A stretch of DNA of 64,000 nucleotides from Candidatus Velesiimonas alkalicola (GCA_013626165.1 NDHX01000002.1:64639-128638); one strand, 5' to 3'. Counted from the first letter of the stretch, positions 49,096-60,129 are shown. Program-made: numbers and translations. Notes: generated from the letters alone by a model not told the origin.

Positions 49096-49874
49096 TTAAT
49101 ACCTGTTGCCAGTGCCTTGTTTTTATATATCTCACCAGCTTTTTTATATTCATTTTTATCGCCTATATCTAACCATTCACCCTCAAACTTATATCCATAT
49201 GTATTTTCCACTTTATATAACCAGGAAATATAATGACCTGGTTGATCTGGGTTATTTCCTTCCTCTATGTATCTGTTTACTAGTTTAAGTGTATGCGAAG
49301 GAAAAAAGTAAAGACATATGGCAACAAGATTTGAACGCGGTTGTTTTGGCTTTTCTTCAAAGTGTATTATATGGTTTTTTTTATCAATTTCAACTGCACT
49401 GTATCTTTTTACCGCAGATATATCCTGCACCTTATACAATCCTATTGTAGAATATGGAATATGTTTTTTTGCAAAAGAATAAAATTTCATCATATCAAAA
49501 TCAAAAAGGTTATCGCCTGCAACAACCAGTGTATCATCCTTTATCTTTTTTTCTTCAAAAACAAACCTCATATCGCCTACAGCACCTCTTTTATCAACAT
49601 CACTCAATGTGCCGTCATCAATTATTTTTATAGAAACATCGGTTTGATATGTATTTGCCCAGATTTTAAATTTTTCTGCAAATTTATGGTTTGTAACAAT
49701 TATACATTCTGATATATCAGGAATTACAAAAAGGTTTTTCAAGATATGTTCAAGTATAGGCTTGTTGGCAACATGCAACAACGGCTTTGGTTTATCAAGT
49801 GTAAGCGGGTACAACCTTGTTGCATATCCTGCTGCAAGAATAAGTATTTTCATACTTCTTTTATGGAATAACAA
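49089..49874 (-). CDS. sugar-phosphate nucleotidyltransferase (NTP_transferase family)
   Basis: N-terminal ILAAGYATRLYPLT..KP motif; 261 aa. Confidence 0.7.
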   Translation of the reverse strand: MLFHKRSMKILILAAGYATRLYPLTLDKPKPLLHVANKPILEHILKNLFVIPDISECIIVTNHKFAEKFKIWANTYQTDVSIKIIDDGTLSDVDKRGAVGDMRFVFEEKKIKDDTLVVAGDNLFDFDMMKFYSFAKKHIPYSTIGLYKVQDISAVKRYSAVEIDKKNHIIHFEEKPKQPRSNLVAICLYFFPSHTLKLVNRYIEEGNNPDQPGHYISWLYKVENTYGYKFEGEWLDIGDKNEYKKAGEIYKNKALATGIKY

Positions 49875-50643
49875 ATGTTTGAAATCCCATCTGTCTTAAT
49901 TTTTCTGCAAAATCTTTTGCTTCTGCCCTTGTCTGAAATTTACCTGCTCTTACCTTAAAAAGAGGTTTTCTATTTTTTTCAGCCTCTACAATCTCTGCCT
50001 GTATAGCTTTTTTGGAAAGGTCTCGGACAAGGCCGTCTGCGCTTGACCTTTTACTGTACGCACCAACCTGAACACGAAAATATGGAACCTCCGTTCTGAG
50101 AATTTCCTCTGCCATTGCAGCCTCAGGGCTTAAGGGATAATTTTCTATCAACCCCTTTAAAATCCTTCTTGAATCTTCCCATCTTGAAATATACTGAAAA
50201 CACCTTGCCAATTTGAACTTAACAGTGGGTATGTTATCAAGATTTGGATTTTCCTGAATAAATTCTTCATACCCCAAAGATGCCTCCATATACTTACCTG
50301 CAACAAAATCACAATCAATAAGTGCTAATTTTATTTGTTTAATTAGATTTTTATCAGAGGTTATACCGAGAAGTTTATTAAACTCTGCTTTTGCATTGTC
50401 TGTGTCCTGTTTTTGTAAAAAAGATAGTCCTTTAAGATAATAAACAGATTCGGGTTTCAAAAAATGAAACCTTTTTAAGATGTCATCACATACCCTAATA
50501 CAGGAAATATAATCAGACCTCAGATATAATTCATCCGCAAGAGCCTTCATCTGAACAAATCTCCTTGGCTTTTGCCTTGCGTCACAAACAAAGCAGGAAC
50601 CGATAACAACTATAAATACTAATACAGATTTAAACATATTCAT
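49861..50643 (-). CDS. exported TPR-like protein with C-terminal SPOR domain
   Basis: Signal peptide; C-terminal VQVGAYS....A..L...L repeat pattern of SPOR domains. Confidence 0.65.
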   Translation of the reverse strand: MNMFKSVLVFIVVIGSCFVCDARQKPRRFVQMKALADELYLRSDYISCIRVCDDILKRFHFLKPESVYYLKGLSFLQKQDTDNAKAEFNKLLGITSDKNLIKQIKLALIDCDFVAGKYMEASLGYEEFIQENPNLDNIPTVKFKLARCFQYISRWEDSRRILKGLIENYPLSPEAAMAEEILRTEVPYFRVQVGAYSKRSSADGLVRDLSKKAIQAEIVEAEKNRKPLFKVRAGKFQTRAEAKDFAEKLRQMGFQTFVIP

Positions 50644-50722
50644 CTTTTATTTTTTTGCTTTGTTTAAATTAAAAATTTTTAATTTTTGAACTTTTATCAA
50701 ATATAAAATTGAAGATATTATT

Positions 50723-51541
50723 TTATGCCCTTGTTTTTCCGCCGGAAATATTTATACAGGTTCCTGCAATATAACCTGCAAGGTCTGATGCAAGAAAACA
50801 GACCGTATCTGCCACTTCTTCAAGTTTTCCAACCCTTCCAAGCGGAATAGAAACTTTCTCATAAGATTTTCTTAATTCTTCTACGCTTATGCCTCTTGTA
50901 TATGCAAGGGCCCTTTCATACTCAGGTGTTCTTAAGGCTGTTGCCTCTAATATGCCAGGTGTTACACCTGCAACCCTTATATTATATTTCCCAAGTTCTT
51001 TTGCCCACGACCTCGTATACGAATAAAGGGCAGCCTTTGTTGCCGCATACATACTCTGCCCCTGTGAACCTTCAAGCCCGCTTTCGGAAGAAACATTTAT
51101 TATGACGCCTTTTTTTTGTTTTATCATAATCCTTGCAACCCCTTGCGCACAGAAAAATGCACCCTTCTGGTTTATTAAAACTGTTTTATCCCATATGGCT
51201 TCCGTTGCATCTTCTTTTCCGGCAGGATCAACAAGAAGCCTGGGTATAAGTATCCCTGCATTATTTACAAGTATGTCTATCCTTTTATGTTTCTCAAATA
51301 TGGTGTTCACCATATCGTCTATACTTTTCTTGTTGCCCACATCGCACTGCACAAACATAACCTTGCAACCATTTATTGTATTCTTAAAATCAGTTATGGT
51401 TTTTTCCGCAACATCCCCGTTTATATCAACAATAACAACAGAGGAGCCGGCAGAAAGAAATTTTCCTGATATTGCCTTTCCTATGCCAGATGCTCCACCG
51501 GTTATAATAGAAACTTTGCCACTTAAATCTATATTTATCAT
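50723..51541 (-). CDS. SDR-family short-chain dehydrogenase/reductase
   Basis: TGGASGIGKA cofactor motif; YxxxK (YAATKAAL) catalytic motif. Confidence 0.8.
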   Translation of the reverse strand: MINIDLSGKVSIITGGASGIGKAISGKFLSAGSSVVIVDINGDVAEKTITDFKNTINGCKVMFVQCDVGNKKSIDDMVNTIFEKHKRIDILVNNAGILIPRLLVDPAGKEDATEAIWDKTVLINQKGAFFCAQGVARIMIKQKKGVIINVSSESGLEGSQGQSMYAATKAALYSYTRSWAKELGKYNIRVAGVTPGILEATALRTPEYERALAYTRGISVEELRKSYEKVSIPLGRVGKLEEVADTVCFLASDLAGYIAGTCINISGGKTRA

Positions 51542-51567
51542 ATTTTTTAGGTTTAGTTTGTATTAGG

Positions 51568-52206
51568 CTATCTGACTATCCTTTTTATTTTTCTTGCAAC
51601 TCTTTCTGCCAGTATTCTGTACCCCTGACTATTGGGATAATATAAGCCACTTCTGTACCGTGGGTTTGTCATTACCCCATCAAGCCAGTTTGGTATATAT
51701 ATACAGCCAAACTCTTCAGCTAGCTTTTTATAGCGGTAGGAATACTCATCCTTTTTCATTCCCATTTTAAGTCCTAATATTACACATACAGCCCCTTTTT
51801 TTTGAATTTCTAATATAATTTTTTCAAGGTTTTGAAAGGTCTGGTCAACAGGAATTCTTTTAAAAAAATCCTGCCTGCCAAGTTCAATAATTACTATTTG
51901 TGGATTCTGTGTTAGAACATCTCTTTTCAATACATCAATCGCAGATTCCGTCGTTCTACCTTCCGCAGAGACATTAACAACCACAACCTTGTTTAACATC
52001 TTTGCAAGCTGGCTTGGATAATCCTCACCCAAGGGCACTCCCCTGCCTGCTGTTAAATCCTCTCCAAAACATACAATAAGCGTGTCTTTACGCCCATTAG
52101 TCAAAGAAGATATATTTACGATTTTTTGCCCTGATAAAAAACCTAAAAGAAAGATTATACAGATAATAACAGATACAACAAGGAAAAAAAGAATAAATTT
52201 TCGCAT
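51568..52206 (-). CDS. SGNH/GDSL-like hydrolase (exported)
   Basis: N-terminal TM/signal; degenerate block I (CFGEDLTAG); 212 aa. Confidence 0.5.
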   Translation of the reverse strand: MRKFILFFLVVSVIICIIFLLGFLSGQKIVNISSLTNGRKDTLIVCFGEDLTAGRGVPLGEDYPSQLAKMLNKVVVVNVSAEGRTTESAIDVLKRDVLTQNPQIVIIELGRQDFFKRIPVDQTFQNLEKIILEIQKKGAVCVILGLKMGMKKDEYSYRYKKLAEEFGCIYIPNWLDGVMTNPRYRSGLYYPNSQGYRILAERVARKIKRIVR

Positions 52207-52209
52207 ATC

Positions 52210-52713
52210 TTACAGTTTATAGCCTATACTCCTTAAAAAACTTTTTCTCCATTTTATATCTTCTTCCTTTTCCGTTCCTTTCGGCGAAAAACCGTCAATA
52301 ACACCCATTACACCCCTTCCCTGCGAAGTCCGGGCAATTACAACCTGAATGGGATTTGCGCTGGCACAGTATATATTGCACACCTCAGATACATTTTTTA
52401 AATTCTGCATACAGTTTATCGGAAACGCTCCCTTGATAAGCAGGACAAAACAGTGCCCGGCACCGATTCTTTCTGCTATTTCAATTGAATATTTTTTTAA
52501 TTCCTCATCATTTGCTTCTGACCTTATAAGACACTTGCCCGAAGATTCACAGAATGAAACTGCAATCTTTATACCCGGGACACTTCCGATTATAGCCTCA
52601 TATATATCCTCAACGGTTTTTATAAAATGCGCCTGCCCTAATATGATGTTTATATTCTCGTAAGGGCTTATTTCAACAACCTCAAGATTTATATCCATTT
52701 TTCTACCCTTCAA
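52210..52713 (-). CDS. conserved hypothetical protein (possibly adenosine-specific kinase-family fold)
   Basis: 167 aa ORF with coding-like composition; family assignment from memory only, low certainty. Confidence 0.3.
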   Translation of the reverse strand: MKGRKMDINLEVVEISPYENINIILGQAHFIKTVEDIYEAIIGSVPGIKIAVSFCESSGKCLIRSEANDEELKKYSIEIAERIGAGHCFVLLIKGAFPINCMQNLKNVSEVCNIYCASANPIQVVIARTSQGRGVMGVIDGFSPKGTEKEEDIKWRKSFLRSIGYKL

Positions 52714-52841
52714 CTAATTTAAAATTCTGAATTATGGTGAAGAAACACCCCGTTCCCTCCCCCACTTTTCCATGCCCGTGATTTGCCCCCGACACAAGTT
52801 AATGGCAAGTGCTGTGGCGGTGGGCAGATAATTATGATAAA

Positions 52842-53549
52842 TCAGGAAATCTCAACATCTTTTATATAAAAACATATATCCTGAACAATTTCTTTTATAA
52901 AATCTTGACTGTAAGGTTTTATATTAAGATATGTTGGATCAAGTGTGTCCCTTGGAACAAACTGTTGAAGGATAATCTTTTTTATACCGAGATAAAATAG
53001 TTCCCTGGCAAAACCTTTGAAGTCTTCTCCGTCAAATATTGTCGGAACAAGGGTTGTTCTAAAATCCGAGTCTATGTTGTTTTCTATGATAATCTTTACG
53101 GACTTAACAATATTATCTACTGAAACATCCCCACCTGTTGCAACCCTATATTTTTCAGAATTCAAAGGAGCTTTTATATCTATTGAAAACGAATCAGCAA
53201 GACCTGAATCAATAAGATACCTTATTATATCGGGATCTGTTCCGTTTGTGAATATCTTTGTTTTTAGATTCATCTGTTTTATATTTTTTAAAAGAAGGGG
53301 TAATCCTTTATCTGTGGTAGGCTCCCCTCCCGATACGACGACCGCATCGATCCATCCCTTTTTCTCTTTTAAATATCTTTCTATGCTTTCCCATTTTACT
53401 TCAGGCTGGCTTTCAGGATTGGTCACAAGAGCACTCGAATGGCAGAAAGGACATCTTAAATTACACCCTCCCAAAAATACAACAGAACATATTTTTCCTT
53501 TCCATTCAATTAAACTTACGGGTAAAAATCCCTTTATCTTTGGCATCAT
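52842..53549 (-). CDS. NrdG-like radical SAM activating protein (anaerobic RNR activase family)
   Basis: GGCNLRCPFCHS motif near N-terminus; VVSGGEPT SAM block; 235 aa; no nrdD in window. Confidence 0.55.
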   Translation of the reverse strand: MMPKIKGFLPVSLIEWKGKICSVVFLGGCNLRCPFCHSSALVTNPESQPEVKWESIERYLKEKKGWIDAVVVSGGEPTTDKGLPLLLKNIKQMNLKTKIFTNGTDPDIIRYLIDSGLADSFSIDIKAPLNSEKYRVATGGDVSVDNIVKSVKIIIENNIDSDFRTTLVPTIFDGEDFKGFARELFYLGIKKIILQQFVPRDTLDPTYLNIKPYSQDFIKEIVQDICFYIKDVEIS

Positions 53550-53629
53550 ATCTACATATAAGGTTAAGAAGGACTGTGCACTCTTTTTGTATCTTATGTG
53601 TGTTATTGTCGTATAAAGATACCAGAAAA

Positions 53630-54463
53630 CTATTCACTTACCTTGAAAATATTACAGGAATGTTTTTCTTTTTCTACAAACCTTGATTGTCTGGTGGAAA
53701 GTTCTTTAAAATCAACCAGGTGAGCATCAAAATCCGGGCCATCCACGCAGGTAAAAAGTGTTTTACCTCCCACACTTACCCTGCAAGAACCGCACATACC
53801 TGTTCCGTCCACCATTATTGAATTTAAGGACACTATGGTTTTTATACCCAATACTCTTGTGGTTTCAGACACAGCCTGCATCATTGGTATTGGTCCTACT
53901 GCAAAAATTATATCAATTTTTTCTTTTTGTATAACTTGTTTTAAAATATCTGTTACAAGTCCTTTTTTACCGTAAGAACCGTCGTCGGTTGTAATCTTAA
54001 GCATATCACTTGTAAAGTGCATCTGCTGTTCAAGTACTGCAAGATTTTTTGTCCTGAAACCAATGATTGATATAACCCTGTTGCCTGCTGTTTTAAGTGC
54101 AACCGCTATGGGATAAACCTCTGCAACACCAACCCCTCCTCCTACACAAACAGAGGTCCCAAACTTTTCAATATGCGTTGGTGTCCCCAGAGGACCTGCA
54201 ATATCTTCTATATATTCTCCTTGCTGAAGACTGCCGAGCCATTTAGTGCTTTTTCCTACTTCTTGAAATATAATTGTTATTGTTCCTTTTTCAAGATTTG
54301 TTCCGGCAATTGTAAGCGGAAATCTTTCTCCTTTTTCTTGTATTTTAATTATTATAAACTGACCTGGTTTTGCTCCCTGTACAATCCTCGGTGCTTCTAT
54401 AACCATCTGAACTGTCACTTCATTTAATCTTTTTCTTTCTACTATTTTATTCATATCATTCAT
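53630..54463 (-). CDS. PyrK/NfnA-like FAD/NAD(P)-binding oxidoreductase with C-terminal 2Fe-2S motif
   Basis: FNR-like fold blocks; C-terminal GTGMCGSCRV...C cluster. Confidence 0.6.
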   Translation of the reverse strand: MNDMNKIVERKRLNEVTVQMVIEAPRIVQGAKPGQFIIIKIQEKGERFPLTIAGTNLEKGTITIIFQEVGKSTKWLGSLQQGEYIEDIAGPLGTPTHIEKFGTSVCVGGGVGVAEVYPIAVALKTAGNRVISIIGFRTKNLAVLEQQMHFTSDMLKITTDDGSYGKKGLVTDILKQVIQKEKIDIIFAVGPIPMMQAVSETTRVLGIKTIVSLNSIMVDGTGMCGSCRVSVGGKTLFTCVDGPDFDAHLVDFKELSTRQSRFVEKEKHSCNIFKVSE

Positions 54464-55242
54464 ACCTGTATTATTAAATGGACTCTTTCTATTGAAAATG
54501 CCTTTCCAGTTTTTTCATTTATATCTGCTATTATACCCTGAATCTGCATATCACCTTTTGCAACCTCACACTTTACAGGCACCTGTTTAATAAATCTTTC
54601 TATTATCTGTTCAGGTTTTCTTCCAAGTATTGAATTCAAAGGGCCTGTCATACCTATATCCGTTATATATGCTGTGCCTTCTGGGAATATTCTTTCATCT
54701 GCGGTCGGTATGTGTGTATGTGTGCCAAATATTACACTTACTTTCCCTTTAAGAAAATATGCGAGGGCAAGTTTTTCAGACGTTGCCTCCGCGTGCACAT
54801 CTACACATATGATATTTGTTTCTTTTCTTAACTGCCCTACTATCTTTTCGGCAAAGCTAAAAGGGTTTTCAAGAGGTTTCATAAAGACCCTTCCCTGTAG
54901 CTGTAAAACCCCTATTTTGAGGTTGTGTTTTTCAATAATTACACTTCCAACACCCGGGGTAAAGAGAGGATAATTTACAGGTCTTAAAAAATTTTTTATT
55001 GTACCTATCACAGATATCATCTGTTTTTGGTCCCATATATGGTCACCTGTTGTGATAATATCCGCGCCACTTTGAAAAATTTCCTGTGCAGTTTCTTCGG
55101 TTATGCCTGCCCCTCCTGCTGCATTTTCTGCATTTGCAATTATAACATCCAGAGGTTTTGATTGTTTAATTATCTTAAGTCCTGCCTTAAATGCTTTTCT
55201 TCCCGGTTCACCAACAATATCTCCTACGCAAAGCACCTTCAT
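54460..55242 (-). CDS. ymdB: YmdB-family metallophosphoesterase (2',3'-cyclic-nucleotide phosphodiesterase)
   Basis: [16 protein letters not shown]-terminus; conserved ymdB-rny adjacency with 4-nt overlap. Confidence 0.8.
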   Translation of the reverse strand: MKVLCVGDIVGEPGRKAFKAGLKIIKQSKPLDVIIANAENAAGGAGITEETAQEIFQSGADIITTGDHIWDQKQMISVIGTIKNFLRPVNYPLFTPGVGSVIIEKHNLKIGVLQLQGRVFMKPLENPFSFAEKIVGQLRKETNIICVDVHAEATSEKLALAYFLKGKVSVIFGTHTHIPTADERIFPEGTAYITDIGMTGPLNSILGRKPEQIIERFIKQVPVKCEVAKGDMQIQGIIADINEKTGKAFSIERVHLIIQV

Positions 55243-56795
55243 TTTGCAATCTCCACTGCTCTTAATTCTCTTATAACAACAACCTTAATTTGACCAGGAT
55301 ACCCAAGTTCAGCCTCTATCTTCTTTCTTATATCTTTTGCAAGTATAAACACATCTGCATCACTTATCTTTTCAGGTATAACTATAACCCTTATCTCACG
55401 ACCCGCATGTATTGCAAATGTGTTCTGGACACCCTTAAACACATTTGCAATCTCTTCCAATTTCTTTATTCTTTTTAAGTATGCTTCTACTGTTTCTCTT
55501 CTTGCGCCAGGGCGGGAAGCACTTATTGCATCAGCAGCCTGTACAAGAGCAGCATAAAGTCCCTTAGGTTCAATTTCTTCGTGATGGGATTCTATTGCCT
55601 GTGCAACCTCTGCTGATTCCCCATACTTTCTTGCAATATCCGCTCCTATATTAGCATGCGTGCCTTCGGTATTGTGGTCTAATGCCTTTCCGATATCGTG
55701 GAGTATTCCTATTCTTCTTGCAAGAGAAAAATCCGCTTTTAATTCGCTCGCAAGAACACCCATCAAAAACGTTGTTTCTTTTGAATGTTGGAGAACATTT
55801 TGTCCATAACTTGTCCTGTACTTTAATCTGCCAATAAGTTTTACCAGCTCTGGATGAAGATTATGTACCCCAACTTCAAATATCGCCCTTTCACCTTCTT
55901 CACAGATTGTATTGTCAACCTCTTTTTTTACTTTTTCAACTACATCTTCAATCCTTCCTGGATGAATCCTGCCATCTGCCATAAGACACTCTAATGAAAT
56001 TCTTGCAACCTCCCGCCTTACAGGATCAAAAGATGACAGAGTTACAGAGCCGGGCGTATCATCAATAATAAGTTCAACACCCGTGAGTTCTTCAAGCGCC
56101 CTTATGTTCCTTCCCTCTCTTCCGATAATCCGTCCTTTCATATCATCATTGGAAAGATTAACCACTGTAACGGTTGCACCCGCTGTATGGTCTGCTGCAC
56201 ACCTCTGTATTGCAAGGCTTATGATTTCTTTTGCATTTTTTTCTGCATTTTCTTTCGCCTCATTTTCAATCCTTTTTATAATAAGGCTCGCCTCCTGCTG
56301 TGCCTCATCCTTCATTCTTTCAAGAAGAAGTCTTTTTGCCTGTTCGGAGTTCATGCCTGATATAGACTGTAGTTTGCATTTTTCTTCCTGAATAAGATTT
56401 AACAATTCATTAGAATGTACCCGGATGTTTTTTTCCTTATCCGCAATTTCTCTTTCTCTTGTCTGAACATTGCTTTCTTTTTTCTCTAAGATATCAACCT
56501 TTCTTTCAAGATTTTCCTCTCTTTGTATGAGCCTTTTTTCAAGGCTTAATATGTCCTGTCGTCTTTCTTTTATTTCTTTTTCAAAATCTGACCTTGAGCG
56601 GTACAATATTTCTTTTGCTTCTATCTGTGCATTTTTTATTTTATCCTGTACATTTTTTTTTGCATCTTCAAGTATCTGTTTTGCTTCTCTATAAGATTTT
56701 TTCTTAAAACCTAAAAATATAGTTGCCGTAAAAATTACACCTATGGATATACCTATAACAAATGCAATTATTAAAAACAAAGAAATGTTCTCCAT
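55239..56795 (-). CDS. rny: ribonuclease Y
   Basis: N-terminal TM, long coiled-coil, KH domain ([11 protein letters not shown]), HD domain (HDIGK); 518 aa. Confidence 0.9.
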   Translation of the reverse strand: MENISLFLIIAFVIGISIGVIFTATIFLGFKKKSYREAKQILEDAKKNVQDKIKNAQIEAKEILYRSRSDFEKEIKERRQDILSLEKRLIQREENLERKVDILEKKESNVQTREREIADKEKNIRVHSNELLNLIQEEKCKLQSISGMNSEQAKRLLLERMKDEAQQEASLIIKRIENEAKENAEKNAKEIISLAIQRCAADHTAGATVTVVNLSNDDMKGRIIGREGRNIRALEELTGVELIIDDTPGSVTLSSFDPVRREVARISLECLMADGRIHPGRIEDVVEKVKKEVDNTICEEGERAIFEVGVHNLHPELVKLIGRLKYRTSYGQNVLQHSKETTFLMGVLASELKADFSLARRIGILHDIGKALDHNTEGTHANIGADIARKYGESAEVAQAIESHHEEIEPKGLYAALVQAADAISASRPGARRETVEAYLKRIKKLEEIANVFKGVQNTFAIHAGREIRVIVIPEKISDADVFILAKDIRKKIEAELGYPGQIKVVVIRELRAVEIAK

Positions 56796-56842
56796 CTTAC
56801 CTCCTCCACTTTATACCTGTCTGCCCAAAAGGTATGTTAGTA

Positions 56843-57451
56843 TTATGAGGTGATAAGATGCGTGAGTGGAATATCGTGGGACTCTATTGGAAGATTCTGA
56901 ACGATCTGGAACTTAAAACCAATCCCTACCTTTGGCACATCCGGTGAAAGTGTGCTTAAAAAACGGTCATAATAGCCGCCTCCTCTGCCCAACCTTCTTT
57001 TACTTTTATCAAAGGCAACACCAGGGACAACCACAAGATCAATCTGCGATAAGTCCACAGGTCTAAAATTAGAAGGGATTGGTTCTGGAATGCCATATTT
57101 ACCTTTTTTTTGAAGTTCCTTTTCAGGATTTAATAGTTCAGAAGCCATAAGAAAATTATCCTTTACAAGTGGAACAACTACTTTTTTCCCAATCTTCAGA
57201 GCCTCAGATATCATTCGCATCGTCTCAACCTCTCCATTAAATGAAACAAAAAACATCACTACTTTTGCCAACTTAAATTCTTTTAAAGAAAATAATTTTT
57301 TATAAATAAGCAGACTTCTCAAATGCCTTAAAAATATATTCTGTGAAGATATTTTTAAAAGTATTTTCTTCCTTATATCTTTCTTTAACAGTTTGACCTT
57401 TATTTTATCCGGAATCTTTTCCATTGTCAAGCTTTTTTTAACCCATGTCAT
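56843..57451 (-). CDS. 5-formyltetrahydrofolate cyclo-ligase
   Basis: LGRGGGYYDRFL signature. Confidence 0.8.
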   Translation of the reverse strand: MTWVKKSLTMEKIPDKIKVKLLKKDIRKKILLKISSQNIFLRHLRSLLIYKKLFSLKEFKLAKVVMFFVSFNGEVETMRMISEALKIGKKVVVPLVKDNFLMASELLNPEKELQKKGKYGIPEPIPSNFRPVDLSQIDLVVVPGVAFDKSKRRLGRGGGYYDRFLSTLSPDVPKVGIGFKFQIVQNLPIESHDIPLTHLITS

Positions 57452-57560
57452 TTAAGAATTAAAAGTGGACAGGTTTTTTGTTGAACTCCAATGATAAGAT
57501 TTACCACGCTTGAAACGTTTTCGGAGTCAGGTGCAGCGATTGGTTAAGCCATTACTGCGG

Positions 57561-57794
57561 TCAACGGTTTTCATTTTGAATGATAATTTTAGAATCTGGA
57601 TTCTTAGGAAGAACCGGAAGTTTTTGTTCTTTCAGCAAATCAATATGCTCTTTTATTTTCCACTTAGCCTTATACAAACAATCTTCTACAGAATGTCCTA
57701 TGCCTGAAAAGCCTTCCAAGTCAAGGGAATAAAAACCGAAATAATCTGGTTCTTCAGTAGATTCAATCACTAATGAGTATGGCAATTCAATCAT
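57561..57794 (-). CDS. hicB: type II toxin-antitoxin system HicB-family antitoxin
   Basis: 77 aa; HicB-like N-terminal fold block (YSLVIESTEEPDYFGFYSLDLEGFSGIGHSVEDCLYKAKWKIKEHI). Confidence 0.6.
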   Translation of the reverse strand: MIELPYSLVIESTEEPDYFGFYSLDLEGFSGIGHSVEDCLYKAKWKIKEHIDLLKEQKLPVLPKNPDSKIIIQNENR

Positions 57795-57798
57795 ATCA

Positions 57799-57966
57799 TC
57801 ATCCTCCCTCTTGTAACCGCTTGATTCCTGCGGCCTTTAGAATATTATGGCAAGTGCCTGTGGGAACTTCCTTTGACCCATGGTAATCAACCCGAATCAA
57901 TTTATCCCGTTCAGACTTTTCATAGTATCTTATTGAACCTTTCTGTTTCACAACTCTAAAACCCAT
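57799..57966 (-). CDS. hicA: type II toxin-antitoxin system HicA-family toxin (not in supplied ORF track, 55 aa)
   Basis: Manual translation gives MGFRVVKQKGSIRYYEKSERDKLIRVDYHGSKEVPTGTCHNILKAAGIKRLQEGG*. It has the HicA hallmarks QKGSH-like and ...H.G.E...GT...ILK.AGI. The stop lies 5 nt from the hicB ATG. Confidence 0.65.
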   Translation of the reverse strand: MGFRVVKQKGSIRYYEKSERDKLIRVDYHGSKEVPTGTCHNILKAAGIKRLQEGG

Positions 57967-58500
57967 TTTCTTCTAACAGTCTAGCCAGTTCACTGAACTT
58001 TATATAGTTCTCCAGGTATTATTTGATGGTCTAACAAGTAATTAGACAGTTTATTAGTCCGTTATTAGTCAGTTACAAAAAGTATAGCAAAAAGGCTTGA
58101 TTCTGTCAATGGCATGCAAATACCTTTTTTAATTTTGCCATAAGCAATTTTATTCCTACAGTTTTTACTTTTAGAATATTTTCTTAGGCTGTCCACCATT
58201 CTAACCATCTCCTTATTGAGGCTTATTCTACTATAAATTGGGTGTAATTGTATAAAATAGCCTATCTTATTCTTTCTATGGTGATTACTGTTTCTTTCAG
58301 TCTTCGATTATTACTTAATTTATGTAAATAAATTAACCAAGAACCAGAAAAAACCCTGACCTTCAATGTTGCATATGTATCTTAACTTTTTCAGTGGCTA
58401 TAGAATATCAAATATAAAACAAATAAAAAGAACTTAAAATGCTTTCTCATTGCTTTTTATAAATATTTTGATAAAATGAAAATATATTCAGGAGGAGAGA

Positions 58501-60129
58501 ATGGAGGATATAAAATATAATTTTTTAAAGTACCAGGATGAATTTAAGTATTTAGTGGAGCAATGGAAAGCAAAGGGTGATACACAAAAATTTTTTGATA
58601 AAGACCCTACATTGTGGAAAACAGAGCCTGAACATAAAAAAATTATAGAAAACAGATTAGGATGGCTTAATGCTCCCGAAGAATTTAAAAGCAGGATACA
58701 GGAGATAACAGGTTTTGTAAAAGAAATAAAAGCAGGCGGGTTTAAAGATATTGTGCTTCTCGGTATGGGAGGCTCAATCTTGTGTTCAGAAGTATTAAGA
58801 AAAACTTACCCTCACAAAAAATCTTTCCCCCGTCTTTATGTTCTTGATTCAACCGACCCTGAAACCATACTGAATATAGAAAAATCCGTTGATTTAAGAC
58901 ATACACTCTTTGTTGTAGCAAGCAAATCAGGGACAACCATTGAAGCGCTCTCTTATTTTAAGTATTTTTATAAAAAAATTTCATTTATAACCAGATGTGG
59001 ATTTAAAAATTTTTGTGCAATAACTGACCAGGGCACACCTCTTGAAAAAGATGCACAAAGGATTGGTTTTTGCAAGATATTTATAAACCCATCTGATATA
59101 GGAGGCAGGTACTCGGCACTTTCATTTTTTGGGCTTGTTCCAGCCGCACTTGCTGGTATTGATATTAAGAAAATGCTTGATGATGCAACAAATTTATTAG
59201 AGAAAAGCAAAAAAGAGCCGCTATACACACCTTTTGGATTAGGAATCTGTATCGGACTTTTTGCAACAAAAGGAAAAAACAAGATTACGATTATAACAGA
59301 CCCCAAAATAAAACATTTTGGTTTATGGCTTGAACAACTTATTGCAGAAAGTACAGGAAAAGAAGGAAAAGGTGTACTTCCGATTACTGATGAGCCTGTT
59401 ATGAAAACATATTCAGATGATAGGCTGTTCGTATACTTAAAGTGCGGAAAGTCTTGTATGAGAACAAAAGACTTAATTAAAAACCTTGTCCAACAAAAAA
59501 AACCGGTTATAGAAATTCAGACAAAAGACATAAAAAACATAGGAAGTGACATCATGGGCTGGGAAATCGCAACAGCAGTATGTGCCTCGGTAATGAACAT
59601 AAATCCCTTTGACGAACCTAATGTCCAAGAGAGCAAGGAAAATACAAAGATGCTTCTTGAAAATCCCAAACAAATGAAAGCACTGCACAAACCATTACTA
59701 AAACTGGATGAAGCCCAGATAAAAGAATTTCTAAAAGATTTAAAACCGCCTGAATATGTTGCAATATTATTTTATGGAGAGCCCCAACAGTATGCCTTTA
59801 AAAACTATGTCCAAAAGATAAGACAGGCAATATCTAAAAGTTATGCCGTTGCAACCATAGTAGGAATAGGTCCAAGATATCTTCATTCAACAGGCCAGAT
59901 ATTCAAAGGAGGACCAAAAGACTCAAGATTCATATTTATAACTACAAAAAGTAAGACAGACTGCAAAATTCCATCTTCTTCTTATACATTTAAAAAACTT
60001 CAAAGTGCCCAGGCAATAGGCGATATACAAGCAATCCTTAACAGAAAAAGAAAATGTATCTGGATTGAAATATCTGAGGAAGACGAATTAAAAAATTTTC
60101 TCAGCCTCATTAAAAACAGGGTAAGATAA
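58501..60129 (+). CDS. pgi: glucose-6-phosphate isomerase
   Basis: LLGMGGS and SDIGGRYSALS PGI signature blocks; 542 aa. Confidence 0.8.
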   Translation: MEDIKYNFLKYQDEFKYLVEQWKAKGDTQKFFDKDPTLWKTEPEHKKIIENRLGWLNAPEEFKSRIQEITGFVKEIKAGGFKDIVLLGMGGSILCSEVLRKTYPHKKSFPRLYVLDSTDPETILNIEKSVDLRHTLFVVASKSGTTIEALSYFKYFYKKISFITRCGFKNFCAITDQGTPLEKDAQRIGFCKIFINPSDIGGRYSALSFFGLVPAALAGIDIKKMLDDATNLLEKSKKEPLYTPFGLGICIGLFATKGKNKITIITDPKIKHFGLWLEQLIAESTGKEGKGVLPITDEPVMKTYSDDRLFVYLKCGKSCMRTKDLIKNLVQQKKPVIEIQTKDIKNIGSDIMGWEIATAVCASVMNINPFDEPNVQESKENTKMLLENPKQMKALHKPLLKLDEAQIKEFLKDLKPPEYVAILFYGEPQQYAFKNYVQKIRQAISKSYAVATIVGIGPRYLHSTGQIFKGGPKDSRFIFITTKSKTDCKIPSSSYTFKKLQSAQAIGDIQAILNRKRKCIWIEISEEDELKNFLSLIKNRVR

